Position numbers and translations under genes: made by a program. Below the pieces are notes generated by a model that saw only the letters and a program-made list of their open reading frames with translations, made no database searches and was not told where the DNA came from. 41,371 bases of DNA from a virus (taxonomy: Duplodnaviria > Caudoviricetes), in the IMG/VR virus record IMGVR_UViG_3300031160_000003, positions 1-41,371 of that record, one strand, 5' to 3'. This document shows, in pieces, positions 15,665 to 25,278 of this stretch (position 1 is the stretch's first letter; every line of letters starts with the position of its first letter).

Positions 15665-17059
15665 ATGGCGCTGTCTGCTGATGCGGCGACCGACGTCGTC
15701 AAGCACCTCATCAAGGTGCGGCAGGCGGAGGCTGACCGGCTGGACCGCATCCACGACTACATGCGGAACAAGCGGTGCGGCATCTACGTGCCACGCAGTG
15801 CGACCGCGGAGTATCGGCGGCTGGTTGACCAGTCGAAAATCAACATCCTGCCGCTGGTCGTGACCGCCGTGGCGCAGAACTTGTTCGCGGACGGCTACCG
15901 GCCTGCCAGGTCGATGAAGAACGCGAAGCCGTGGGAGATTTGGCAGGCTAACCGGTGGGATGCGCGGCAGGCCGGCGTGTACCGTGCCGCGCTGACCTAC
16001 GGTGTGACGTACGCGTCCGCGCTGCCCGGTGACCCGGTGCCGGTGCTCACACCCTATTCGCCGCGGCAGATGACGGCCGTGTACGAGGACCCGATCAACG
16101 ACGAGTGGCCCATCTTCGCCCTGTGCGTGATGGTGCAGCGGGACGAGCAGGGCCGCCCGGTCAACCGGATGCGGCTGTTCGACGACACGATGGTGTACCG
16201 GTTCATCGGCACGGCGGACGGTCAGACCCCGACGTTCGACGGCGCGGACGAGCACGGACTGGGTGTGACCCCGGTGGTGCGTTGGCTGAACGAGTACGGG
16301 GACATTGACGACGGCCCACAGGGTGAGGTTGAGCCGCTGATCCCGCTGCAGGACAGCCTGCAGCAGACGACGTTCAGTCTGCGGATGGCCGAGCACTATG
16401 CGGCGTTTAGGCAGCGCTGGGTCACCGGCATGAAGATCACCGAGGATGAGAACGGGAACCCGTTGGAGCCGTGGAACGCCGCGGTGAACCGGGTGTGGCA
16501 GTCCGAGTCCCCGGACACCAAGTTCGGTGACTTTGCCGAAACGTCTCTGGATGGCTACCTGGCCAGCAGGAAGGCGACGCTGTCCATCATCTCGGCGATC
16601 GCGCAGATCCCACCCCACGCGCTGCTGGTGTCGGACGGCATTTCGAACCTGTCCGCTGAGGCGCTGGCCGCCATCGAGTCCGGGCTGCAGCGGAAGGTTG
16701 GGGAGCGGAAGACGTCGTTCGGCGAGTCGAATGAGCAGCTGCTCAGGTTGGCGTCGCTGGCTGCCGGTGACGAAACGGGGTGGCGGGACACGTCCGCCGA
16801 GATTCAGTGGCGGGACACCGAGTCCCGGTCGCTGGCGCAGGTGGCCGACGCGCTGGGGAAGATGGCGCAGATGCTTGGTGTGCCGCCGCGGGCACTGTGG
16901 TCGGAGTTGCCGGGGATGACGGACGAGAAGCTGCAGCGGTGGGAGGCCATCGCCGACGAGGACGGTGGCCTGGCCGAGCTCCATGCGATGCTGCGGCAGA
17001 CGGTGGAGAGGGAGCCTGGTGGCATCCCCGGACGCCAACCGGCTGACACGCCAGCATAG
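15665..17059 (+). CDS. Portal protein (SPP1 Gp6-like)
   Basis: WEIWQANRWDARQ, GEVEPLIPLQD, FRQRWVTG, NLSAEALAA; position after terL. Confidence 0.92.
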   Translation: MALSADAATDVVKHLIKVRQAEADRLDRIHDYMRNKRCGIYVPRSATAEYRRLVDQSKINILPLVVTAVAQNLFADGYRPARSMKNAKPWEIWQANRWDARQAGVYRAALTYGVTYASALPGDPVPVLTPYSPRQMTAVYEDPINDEWPIFALCVMVQRDEQGRPVNRMRLFDDTMVYRFIGTADGQTPTFDGADEHGLGVTPVVRWLNEYGDIDDGPQGEVEPLIPLQDSLQQTTFSLRMAEHYAAFRQRWVTGMKITEDENGNPLEPWNAAVNRVWQSESPDTKFGDFAETSLDGYLASRKATLSIISAIAQIPPHALLVSDGISNLSAEALAAIESGLQRKVGERKTSFGESNEQLLRLASLAAGDETGWRDTSAEIQWRDTESRSLAQVADALGKMAQMLGVPPRALWSELPGMTDEKLQRWEAIADEDGGLAELHAMLRQTVEREPGGIPGRQPADTPA

Positions 17060-17813
17060 GGACACGCAGGCCGCCATCGGCCGGGCCGTGGCCCGGCCGG
17101 TGCGGCAGCTGGCCCGGCAGGCGTCCACGGCCGACATTGACTCGTGGTTCGCCCGTGTGCTGCCCCGACTGCTGATGATCATCCGTGCGGGGTGGATCGC
17201 GTCGGCCACGCACGCCCGCCAGTACCTGGAGCTGCACGCCGAACGCGAGGGCGTGACCGTGGATCCGGTGCGGCTGCAGTTCGAAGCCGACCGGGTGATT
17301 GCGTCGCTGCGGGTGACCGGGCCGGTCGCGTTCAAGGAGCATGTGGAGCGCACCGGGTCGGTTGAGGGTGCGAAGGCGGCGATGGTGGCCCGGCTGCCCG
17401 CGGCCGCGGCACGTCAGGTGATGGCCGGTGGCCGGGAGACGATTGAGCGGACGGCCGAGGAGGATCGGCGGATCGTTGGCTGGCGGCGGGTTACGGACGC
17501 GGACCCGTGCGCATTCTGCGCCATGCTCGCCTCCCGCGGCGCCGTGTACCTGACCCGCGAGTCGGCGTCCGGTGTGGTGGGCCGTGGCCGGGGCGGCACG
17601 CTGCGGGGCAGCCGGCAGCGTGGGGAGCCATACCACGACGGCTGCGAGTGCACGGTGGCTCCGCTGTACGAGCACGAGCCGGAGCCGCCGGAGGTCGTCG
17701 ACTTGGAGAACCAGTGGCTGCAGGCCACGGCTGGGCATTCGGGTAAGGCCGCGATCCGCGCGTGGCGCCAATATTGGGACAAGCAGCGACGGGAGGGTGA
17801 TGGCGGTGGCTGA
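17019..17813 (+). CDS. MuF-like/VG15-type head morphogenesis protein
   Basis: WRRVTDADPCAFCAMLASRGAVY..YHDGCECTVAP. Confidence 0.8.
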   Translation: MASPDANRLTRQHRDTQAAIGRAVARPVRQLARQASTADIDSWFARVLPRLLMIIRAGWIASATHARQYLELHAEREGVTVDPVRLQFEADRVIASLRVTGPVAFKEHVERTGSVEGAKAAMVARLPAAAARQVMAGGRETIERTAEEDRRIVGWRRVTDADPCAFCAMLASRGAVYLTRESASGVVGRGRGGTLRGSRQRGEPYHDGCECTVAPLYEHEPEPPEVVDLENQWLQATAGHSGKAAIRAWRQYWDKQRREGDGGG

Positions 17814-18087
17814 GTTCACCGCGGAGCAGCGGCGGCGGCTGGCCGCCCGCGGGCAGGCGCTGCCCGGCGGCCGGTTCCCCATCCGCAACCGGGCCGACTT
17901 GGAGAACGCCATCCGCGCGGTGGGCCGGGCCGGCGGCCCCGAGGGCACGGAGGCGGACCGCAACGAGGTGCGCCGGTTCATCATCCAGCGGGCCCGCGCC
18001 CTCGGGCTGTCGGAGCTTATCCCCGACACGTGGAACTCGGACGGCACGCTCAAGTCGAGCCGCGGCCGACTCATGCGCAGCCGCTGA
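17800..18087 (+). CDS. Small head-associated protein (DUF6582-like)
   Basis: ALPGGRFPIRNRADLENAIRAVGRA..VRRFIIQRARALGLSELIPDTW; alternative GTG at 17806. Confidence 0.7.
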   Translation: MAVAEFTAEQRRRLAARGQALPGGRFPIRNRADLENAIRAVGRAGGPEGTEADRNEVRRFIIQRARALGLSELIPDTWNSDGTLKSSRGRLMRSR

Positions 18088-18211
18088 CACACAGGCCACC
18101 GCAGCCCGCCCCGGGCTGCGTTGAAGGCGCAGCACCGCACGGTGCGCGCCTAGACCCCACCTTGCTCACGCCGCACGGCAAGAGCACCAAATCCCGCACG
18201 GGAGAAACCCC

Positions 18212-18781
18212 ATGACAGAACCGACCGCGCCCGACGCTGCCCAAACCGACGGCGTCAACGCCGAACCGGAGCAGACGACTACCGAGCCGCAGATCGACTG
18301 GAAGGCCGAAGCCCGCAAGTGGGAGCAGAGGGCCAAGGAGAACAGGGCCAAGGCCGCAGAAACCGTCCGCACGGAGGTGCTGCAGCAGATCAGCCAAGCC
18401 CTCGGCCTGACCGATCAGCCGGCGGACCCGAAGGCGCTCGCCGACGAACTGACCGCGGCCAAGGAGGCAGCAGCCGACGCCCAACTCGAGGCCACCGTGT
18501 TCCGGCGGGCCTACAACTTGGGCGTCAACGGCGACCGGCTGCTCGACTCGCTCAGTTTTCGCCAGGCGGTGGACGACCTGCCCGATGAGGGCTTCGACCA
18601 GGCCCTGGAGCAGCTGATCAACCAGTGGGCCGACAAGGACCCGTCCCTGCGGCTCGGCGGCCGACCCAACGTCTCCACCGGACGGCCGGTGGAGAACCTG
18701 CGCTCCGGCGCACTGCCGGCCAGCGACCAGGCACCGCTCGACGTGGACGCGTGGATTCGCCGCCAGGCCGGCATCAGGTAA
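18212..18781 (+). CDS. Scaffolding protein
   Basis: DWKAEARKWEQRAKEN coiled coil; RPVENLRSGA; upstream of capsid. Confidence 0.85.
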   Translation: MTEPTAPDAAQTDGVNAEPEQTTTEPQIDWKAEARKWEQRAKENRAKAAETVRTEVLQQISQALGLTDQPADPKALADELTAAKEAAADAQLEATVFRRAYNLGVNGDRLLDSLSFRQAVDDLPDEGFDQALEQLINQWADKDPSLRLGGRPNVSTGRPVENLRSGALPASDQAPLDVDAWIRRQAGIR

Positions 18782-18833
18782 TGAGCCCGATGGGGCTCAC
18801 TTCGCAAGTTATCCAGTAAGGAGATAGCCCCAG

Positions 18834-19832
18834 ATGGCTAGCACGTCTGACAAGATCCAGCGGTACTCGTCCGGGTCGGACCCGCTGGTCCCCGAGCCGC
18901 TGCGCAACGAGATCCTGCAGCAGCTGCCGCAGCAGTCCGTCGTGTTCGGCCTGGTGCCGGAGACGCAGCGGATCACGATGTCCGCCCTCACCGAGCGCAT
19001 GCCCGTGCTGTCGGTGCTGCCGTCGGCGTACTTCGTGACGGGCGACACCGGGCTCAAGTCGACGACCAAGCAGCAGTGGCGCAACAAGGTGCTGCACGCC
19101 GAAGAGGTCGCCGTCATCGTGCCGGTGCCGGAGAACTACATGGCCGACGCAAACACCCCGATCTGGGAGCAGGTTCGGCCCCGCCTGGTCGAGTCCGCCG
19201 GCGCCCTGATCGATGAGGCGATCATCTTCAACATGTCCGGCAACAAGCCCAGCACGTGGGGGCCGGACATCTACCACACCGCCATCGCCCGCGGCAACTA
19301 CGTGCACGAGGGCTTCGGCGTCGACCTGGGCGTGTCGGTCGCCCGCGGCGGTGAGCTGCTTGCCGCGGACGGCTACGACCTGACCGGGTTCGTGTCGAAG
19401 CCGGGTCTGAAGTGGAAGCTGGCGCAGATCCGCTCCAGCAACGGTGACCCGATCTTCCAGGGCGGCAGCCTGCAGACCGGCATCCCCGACTCGCTGTACG
19501 GCATGCCGCTGCGGTCGCTGAAGAATGGCGCCTGGAACAGCACGGAGTCCACTCTCATCGGTGGGGACTGGTCGCAGGCCATCATCGGCATCCGGTCGGA
19601 CATCACCTTCAAGGTGTTCACCGAGGGTGTCATCTCCGACGACGCGGGGAACGTCGTGCTGAACCTGATGCAGCAGGACTCGGTCGCGCTGCGGATGACG
19701 CTGCGGGTCGCGTGGGAGGTCGCCAACCCGGCCAACCGTCTCAACCAGGACACCGCCGGCACGCCACCCACCGAGTCGACCACCCGCTGGCCCTGGTTCG
19801 TGCTCCGCCCGGTCGGCTACAGCTACAGCTAG
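18834..19832 (+). CDS. Major capsid protein (HK97 fold)
   Basis: LVPEPLRNEILQ, MPVLSVLPSAYFV, AEEVAVIVPVPE, NLMQQDSVALR; RBS AAGGAG. Confidence 0.93.
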   Translation: MASTSDKIQRYSSGSDPLVPEPLRNEILQQLPQQSVVFGLVPETQRITMSALTERMPVLSVLPSAYFVTGDTGLKSTTKQQWRNKVLHAEEVAVIVPVPENYMADANTPIWEQVRPRLVESAGALIDEAIIFNMSGNKPSTWGPDIYHTAIARGNYVHEGFGVDLGVSVARGGELLAADGYDLTGFVSKPGLKWKLAQIRSSNGDPIFQGGSLQTGIPDSLYGMPLRSLKNGAWNSTESTLIGGDWSQAIIGIRSDITFKVFTEGVISDDAGNVVLNLMQQDSVALRMTLRVAWEVANPANRLNQDTAGTPPTESTTRWPWFVLRPVGYSYS

Positions 19833-19835
19833 CCG

Positions 19836-20870
19836 ATGCGTGTCGTAGCACTGGCACACCAGTACGTGCCGGCCCGTTGCGCGGGCGCGGAGACCATGCT
19901 GCACAGCATGCTCCGCGCCCTCGCGCGGCGCGGCCACGACGTACACGTGTCCCTGTCCGCACAGGCCGGCGACCCCTACACCCACGAAGGGGTGCAGGTG
20001 TGGCCAGTGCAAGGCATCAAGGCCCAGCACATCCAGCACGCCGCCGCCGCGGACGTCCTCATCGGCCATTTGGAGAATGCGGAGCCGGCAGAGTTCATCG
20101 GCTACCTGAACAACATTCCGGTGGCCGTGGTCAACCACAACACGCTCGACATCTTCAAACGGGCCCTGCACTTTCCGCAGGCCCGGGTCGACCTGGTGGC
20201 GGTCAACTCGGAGTGGATGCGCCGCGACCTCGAGGCGTGGCATGTCACCCAGCATCTGCCCATGCCGCGGACCGTGGTGGTGCGGCCTCTCGTCGACCGG
20301 GCCGAGTACGCGGTCGACGGACCACATGACCACGTGACCTTGGTCAATCTGAAGCGGGACGAGCAGACACCGCACGGGATCACCCTGGGCAAGGGCGGCG
20401 AACTGTTCTGGCAGCTGGCCGAACGCATGCCCAAGCTCAAGTTCTTGGGCGTCAAGGGCGCCTACGGGGACCAGGTGCTCGGCGACCTGCCCAACGTCGA
20501 AGTGCTGGACCACGTGCCGCACCCGCAGATGCGGGAGAAGGTGTTCGCGCGTACCCGCATCCTGCTGATGCCGTCGGCGTACGAATCCTGGGGAAGGGTG
20601 GGCACGGAGGCACTGTGCTCCGGCATCCCCGTCATCGCCCACCCCACACCCGGCCTGCAGGAGAACCTGGGCGACGCGGGCATCTTCGTCGACCGGTCTG
20701 ACGTGGACGGCTGGTGCCGGGCCCTGCGCACCCTTGCCATGCCCCGGCCCTATGAGGCCGCCCGCCGCCGCGCCCTCGCCCGGGCGGCCGAGCTGGACCC
20801 GCAGCAGGACCTGGACCGCTGGTGCGACGCCGTCGAGCACATCGCGGCACGCCGACTCGTGGGGGTATGA
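19836..20870 (+). CDS. Glycosyltransferase, GT-B fold (GT4-like)
   Basis: AGAETMLH, KGG, LLMPSAYESWGRVGTEALCSGIPVI (EX7E motif). Confidence 0.92.
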   Translation: MRVVALAHQYVPARCAGAETMLHSMLRALARRGHDVHVSLSAQAGDPYTHEGVQVWPVQGIKAQHIQHAAAADVLIGHLENAEPAEFIGYLNNIPVAVVNHNTLDIFKRALHFPQARVDLVAVNSEWMRRDLEAWHVTQHLPMPRTVVVRPLVDRAEYAVDGPHDHVTLVNLKRDEQTPHGITLGKGGELFWQLAERMPKLKFLGVKGAYGDQVLGDLPNVEVLDHVPHPQMREKVFARTRILLMPSAYESWGRVGTEALCSGIPVIAHPTPGLQENLGDAGIFVDRSDVDGWCRALRTLAMPRPYEAARRRALARAAELDPQQDLDRWCDAVEHIAARRLVGV

Positions 20871-20871
20871 C

Positions 20872-21261
20872 ATGGCAGTAGGACTCTCGGCGGCGGTCGC
20901 CAACGCGATCCTCAACGCGTTGTGCCGGTCGACGGCGTGGACCGAGCCGGACGCAGTGTGGATCCAGCTGCACACCGGCGACCCAGGCGCGGCCGGCACG
21001 TCGAATGTGGCGACGGAGACAACCCGCCAGCAGGCCACCTTCGGCACCACCGCCTCCGGTGGGGCCATCTCCAACACCGCGGCGCTGACCTGGACCAACG
21101 TGGCCGGCAGCGAGGACTACACCCACTACTCAGCCTGGGACGCCGAGACTGACGGCAACTTCCTCTTCAGCGGAACCATCACCGCGAACGCGGTCACCGC
21201 AGGGGACACCTTCACAATCGCCGTCGGCGACATGGACGTGTCCCTGACTGTTGCGTCCTGA
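20872..21261 (+). CDS. Virion structural protein (QLHTGDPG family, fibre/decoration-like)
   Basis: WIQLHTGDPGAAGT, HYSAWDAETDGNFL, VTAGDTFTI. Confidence 0.75.
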   Translation: MAVGLSAAVANAILNALCRSTAWTEPDAVWIQLHTGDPGAAGTSNVATETTRQQATFGTTASGGAISNTAALTWTNVAGSEDYTHYSAWDAETDGNFLFSGTITANAVTAGDTFTIAVGDMDVSLTVAS

Positions 21262-21425
21262 TGGCCCGCCAGTTCTTCAACGAGACACTGACTGTCGCCG
21301 CGCTGGCATCGTCCGGATTGGAGGCTGACATGGCCGGTCAGGCATCATCGGTCGGGTCGCGGGTCGGCCTGGACGCCATCAGCGGCCGGGCCACGCAGAC
21401 GGCCCGCACCATGTCTCTCGAGTGA
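21261..21425 (+). CDS. 54-aa ORF, possible collapsed structural gene
   Basis: TGATG coupling; MARQFFNETL...RTMSLE translated by hand. Confidence 0.4.
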   Translation: MARQFFNETLTVAALASSGLEADMAGQASSVGSRVGLDAISGRATQTARTMSLE

Positions 21426-21437
21426 GGACAGGGGCCC

Positions 21438-22403
21438 GTGCCAGCCACGCTCGTCGGCTCCGACGCGGTCGGGTTCGCGGACGGCAACGGCGGCCACGTG
21501 TACACGTTCCCGGCTGGCGCGCCGGCGGCCGGTGACCTGGACGTGCTGTGTATCAACTCCAACACCGTGGTGGCCACCCCTGCCGGCTTCGCCGTGGCAA
21601 CATCCCGGGTCGGCGGCCAGGGTGCCTACGTCTTCTGGCGCAAGGCCACAGGCGGCGAGCCGGGCACGGTCACCATCACCACCGCCGGGGATCACAACAC
21701 GGTGTTGGTGTGGTCGAGGTGGTCCGGGGTGGACACCCTGGACCAGGTTGCTGTTTCCGGCGTGGACGGGGCTGGCGGGCTGACGTCGCCGGCCGTGACC
21801 ATGCCGCCGCTGGCCGGCGCTGGCGAGCTGGTCGTCGCGTCTGCCGCTCTGCATGCGCTCAGCGAGGTCGTCACCGGACCTGTGTGGTCGTCCGGATACG
21901 CCGAGCTGCAGTCCATGGGGCAGGGTGGCGTCGGCTCGTCTGCGGTGCACGCCCTTGTGGCTGCGCGGACGGACGGGTCGGGGGTGGAGTCGCCGTCCGT
22001 GAGCTGGGCTGGCAGCGCCGCGGACCGGTACATGCTGGTGGCCGCCTTCACCGCGTCGGCGGCCGGTGTGGTACTGGCCGGGACGGCGGCAACGACCGCG
22101 GCCTTCACCGCGATCGCGGCGGGCACTCGCATAGTCGCCGGCAGCGCGGTCGGCTCGGCGACGCTCACCGCTACCGCGGCCGGCACACCACAGGTCCCCG
22201 GTAAGGCGTCCACGGCAATCGGCTACACCGCGACCGCCGCCGGGCTGCGCACTGTGAAAGGCACGGCCGCACTCGCCATCAGCTTCACCTCCGGTACGAC
22301 CGTCCCAACCGGCGCCGTCACGCTACGCGCAACCGCGCACCCCGCGGCCACGTTCCGCCCCCTCGCCCGCCCCCGCGTCACGATGGAGGTCGGCCATGCC
22401 TGA
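21438..22403 (+). CDS. Ala/Gly/Thr-rich virion structural protein
   Basis: Beta-rich N-terminal domain plus ATLTATAAGT-type repeats; in structural operon. Confidence 0.7.
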   Translation: MPATLVGSDAVGFADGNGGHVYTFPAGAPAAGDLDVLCINSNTVVATPAGFAVATSRVGGQGAYVFWRKATGGEPGTVTITTAGDHNTVLVWSRWSGVDTLDQVAVSGVDGAGGLTSPAVTMPPLAGAGELVVASAALHALSEVVTGPVWSSGYAELQSMGQGGVGSSAVHALVAARTDGSGVESPSVSWAGSAADRYMLVAAFTASAAGVVLAGTAATTAAFTAIAAGTRIVAGSAVGSATLTATAAGTPQVPGKASTAIGYTATAAGLRTVKGTAALAISFTSGTTVPTGAVTLRATAHPAATFRPLARPRVTMEVGHA

Positions 22404-23307
22404 CATCGGCGACGACATCACCGTCACCACCAAGGTTTACGTGGACGGCGAGCTGGCCGACCCCGACTCCGTCACCCTCACCGTCACCTCACCGTCCGGC
22501 ACCACCAGCACACCCACGCCGTCCTCCGACACGACAGGCATCTGGTCGGCCACCTTCAACGCCGACGAGGCCGGCCGGTGGCTGTACAAGTGGGAAACCA
22601 CCTCCCCCGCGGGCGAGGAGTGGGGCCACGTCGACGTTGCCGCGGATCCGCCGGCGCGGCTGCAGCCGCTGGCCACCCCGCAGGATCTGGCGGACCTGCT
22701 CGGCCGCGACCTGACGGACACCGAACTGGCGAGGGCTGGGGCGCTGCTGCGGGCGGCGTCGGCGAAGATCCGCGCCTACACGGGGCAGCACTTCGACCTG
22801 GTCGAAGACGACGATGTGGTGCTGCGGCCGGTCGGGGTGCATCTGCGGCTGCCGCAGCGGCCCGTCACCGCGGTCACGTCGGTCACGGTCGTCGGCGGTG
22901 CGGGGCTGCCGGACGTGCTGCTGCCGTCGGGTCTGTGGCAGTGGGACGGCGTCGACGTGGTCGAGCTGTTCCCACTCGACTCGGACGTGTGGCTGTCCCT
23001 GCCCACAGATTGGACCATGTACGGCCAGTACGGACCAGACACGTACAAGGTCAAGTACACGCACGGCTACGCCACCACGCCGGACGATGTGGTGGCCGTG
23101 TGCTGCGACATGGTGCTGCGCACGCTGACGTCGCCGACGACGGCCGCCGGCCTGGTGCAGGAGACCATCGGGTCCTACAGCTACCAGTACGGGCAGGGGC
23201 CCGGTGCACAGTCGCCGGGTGCCGGGGTGAAGATGACCGACGACGACCGGGACGCGCTCAAGCGGTACCGGCGGACGGCGTCCACTGTGGCGCTGAGGGT
23301 GCGCTGA
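22396..23307 (+). CDS. Head-to-tail adaptor with extra N-terminal Ig-like domain
   Basis: LATPQDLADLLGRDL..LRLPQRPVTAVTSV..YTHGY..ETIGSYSYQY; N-terminal VTLTVTSPSGT..GIWSATF..GRWLYKW. Confidence 0.82.
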   Translation: MPDIGDDITVTTKVYVDGELADPDSVTLTVTSPSGTTSTPTPSSDTTGIWSATFNADEAGRWLYKWETTSPAGEEWGHVDVAADPPARLQPLATPQDLADLLGRDLTDTELARAGALLRAASAKIRAYTGQHFDLVEDDDVVLRPVGVHLRLPQRPVTAVTSVTVVGGAGLPDVLLPSGLWQWDGVDVVELFPLDSDVWLSLPTDWTMYGQYGPDTYKVKYTHGYATTPDDVVAVCCDMVLRTLTSPTTAAGLVQETIGSYSYQYGQGPGAQSPGAGVKMTDDDRDALKRYRRTASTVALRVR

Positions 23308-23663
23308 TGGCCGTCCCCGCGCGGCTGCTGCCGCACACCGTCACCCGGGTACGCCCCGCCACGTCGACGGACTCGTACGGCAACACCACCTACGACTATG
23401 GCTCGTCCGCCAGCCGCAAGGACATGGCCGCCTGGCTGCAGCAGAACAACCGCGCCGAGCCGCTGTCCAATGGCCGCGACCCGCTCGACCAGGTGTGGCT
23501 GCTGGTGACCAACGACAAGGACATCCAGGGCCGCGACCGGGTCGAGTGGACAGACCCGGCCGGCAACGACGTGACGTTCGAGGTGGACGGGCCGCCGGCG
23601 CCCGTGTTCACCCCGGGCGGCTACCACCACACCGAATCCACCCTGCGGGTCGTCTCCGGCTGA
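23307..23663 (+). CDS. Head-to-tail stopper
   Basis: LLPHTVTRVRP..DSYGN..DRVEW..FEVDGPP..HHTESTLRVVSG. Confidence 0.85.
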   Translation: MAVPARLLPHTVTRVRPATSTDSYGNTTYDYGSSASRKDMAAWLQQNNRAEPLSNGRDPLDQVWLLVTNDKDIQGRDRVEWTDPAGNDVTFEVDGPPAPVFTPGGYHHTESTLRVVSG

Positions 23664-23836
23664 TGGCCAAACCCAAGGATGGCAGCGGCCCCGTCGACGG
23701 GCCCATCACCAAGCGGCTCAAAGCCGCCCGCGGCGGCCGGGGCTGGTGGCCAGCCCGGGACACCGACAAGCCGGCAAAGGGCGGCAAGCACGAAGGCTGG
23801 CCCATCCGCGGCCGAGGCAAGAAAGAGGGGAGATGA
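23663..23836 (+). CDS. Small basic hypothetical protein (57 aa)
   Basis: TGATG coupling; fills gap in operon; Lys/Arg/Gly-rich. Confidence 0.5.
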   Translation: MAKPKDGSGPVDGPITKRLKAARGGRGWWPARDTDKPAKGGKHEGWPIRGRGKKEGR

Positions 23837-23837
23837 C

Positions 23838-24137
23838 ATGGGCCTGGTCAAGTACCGGCCGAACCGGCGCGGCATCCAGGACCTGCTCGGCTCCCCCACC
23901 GTCGGCGGTGACCTGTTCCAACGTGCCCTGCGGGTGGCCGCAGCCGCCCAGGCCGACTACGTCGCCCACCCGCCGCACTCCGGCCAGGTCGAAGTCGTCA
24001 CCGTCCTGGAAAAAGAGCGGATCCGCTGGCGGGCCGCTGTCATCGCCAAGCACCCCGGCGCCCTGCCCATCGAGCACGACCGGCGACCATTGGGCAAGGC
24101 CATGGATGCGGCACGCGGATACAGGTCGGCAGGCTGA
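23838..24137 (+). CDS. Neck protein (HK97 gp10-like)
   Basis: YRPNRRGIQDLLGS..LGKAMDAA; synteny. Confidence 0.7.
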   Translation: MGLVKYRPNRRGIQDLLGSPTVGGDLFQRALRVAAAAQADYVAHPPHSGQVEVVTVLEKERIRWRAAVIAKHPGALPIEHDRRPLGKAMDAARGYRSAG

Positions 24138-24139
24138 CC

Positions 24140-24535
24140 ATGGCCTACCCGGACATCATCTCCCTGCTGCGCACCTACCTGCTCGCCGCACCGGTCAGCC
24201 TCGGCGTCACCGTAGCCTCGAGGGTGCCGGACCCGCGGCCCACCCAGTGGCTGCAGCTGCGCCGCGTCGGCGGCACCCAGCAGCGCCCGGTGCGCGACCA
24301 GCCGCGCATCGACGCCATCGTGTGGGACGACGACGAGCCCGGTGCGTGGACGCTGGCGGACAAGGTGCGCCGCGCCATCCACGACCTGGCCGGCACCACC
24401 AAGCTCGGGCCGATGGTGTATCGGGTCGACGAATTCCTCGGCCCCACCTTCAGTGATGACACGGTGGCCGGTGCCGTCCGTGTCATGGCCACCTATTCGA
24501 TCAGTGTCCGCGCCGACGACGCCATCGCCCGCTAG
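24140..24535 (+). CDS. Tail terminator
   Basis: VASRVPDPRP..LRRVGG..DQPRID; precedes major tail gene. Confidence 0.85.
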   Translation: MAYPDIISLLRTYLLAAPVSLGVTVASRVPDPRPTQWLQLRRVGGTQQRPVRDQPRIDAIVWDDDEPGAWTLADKVRRAIHDLAGTTKLGPMVYRVDEFLGPTFSDDTVAGAVRVMATYSISVRADDAIAR

Positions 24536-24595
24536 CCCACCCCGCACAGCCCGGCTCCGCGCGCCGGGTGACACCACCCACCGCACGGAGGAACC

Positions 24596-25153
24596 ATGTC
24601 CCTGAATGCGCCAGCCGTCCGCATCGGCATCACCGGCGAACTGTACGCCGGCCCCACCACCGCCACCGCACCCACCGACTCCAGCAGCAGCCTCGACCCC
24701 GACTTCGTCGGCATGGGCTACGTGTCCGAGGACGGGGTAACAGAAAACTACGACGACACGGTCGAGGACATTGTTGCCTGGCAGAACGCCACCGTTGTCC
24801 GGTCCACCACGACCAACTCCAAGGCCACCCTGCAGATGACCCTCATCGAGACCAAGGGCAAGGTTCTCGAACTGTTCCACAAGGGATCGTCGGTGGAGGC
24901 GGCCGGCTCGGGCCAGTGGAAGATCGCCGTCAAGGCGCCGGACACCGACCGCCGCTCCTTCGTGCTGGACGTCATCGACGGCTCCAAGCACCTGCGCATC
25001 TACGTCCCGGACGGTGAGGTGACCGAGCGGGGTGAGATCACCTACGCCAACGGTGAGCCCATCAGCTACCAGATCACCATCACCTGCTACCCCGACTCCA
25101 ACAACGTCGTGCTGACCAAATTCTCGGACGACGCGAACTGGGGGTATTCCTGA
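24596..25153 (+). CDS. Major tail (tube) protein
   Basis: GYVSEDGVTE..IVAWQ..LIET..VLDVIDG..GEVTERGEITY..YQITITCYPD. Confidence 0.92.
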   Translation: MSLNAPAVRIGITGELYAGPTTATAPTDSSSSLDPDFVGMGYVSEDGVTENYDDTVEDIVAWQNATVVRSTTTNSKATLQMTLIETKGKVLELFHKGSSVEAAGSGQWKIAVKAPDTDRRSFVLDVIDGSKHLRIYVPDGEVTERGEITYANGEPISYQITITCYPDSNNVVLTKFSDDANWGYS

Positions 25154-25278
25154 TATATTGCGGCTGTTGTCCGTTTCCGGCCTGGCCACTGTGGACTCCC
25201 GGCGGTGTGTCTCGCGCGGAGAGCGCACCGCCGGGCCACACATCCTCTCCGCGCACAATCTGAAGGAGCAGTCCGCGC

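Noticed and set aside
13742-17353. 1203-aa minus-strand ORF and similar long antisense ORFs (e.g. 18774-21098)
   Set aside because: Shadow frames of terL, portal and capsid caused by high-GC codon bias; no motifs
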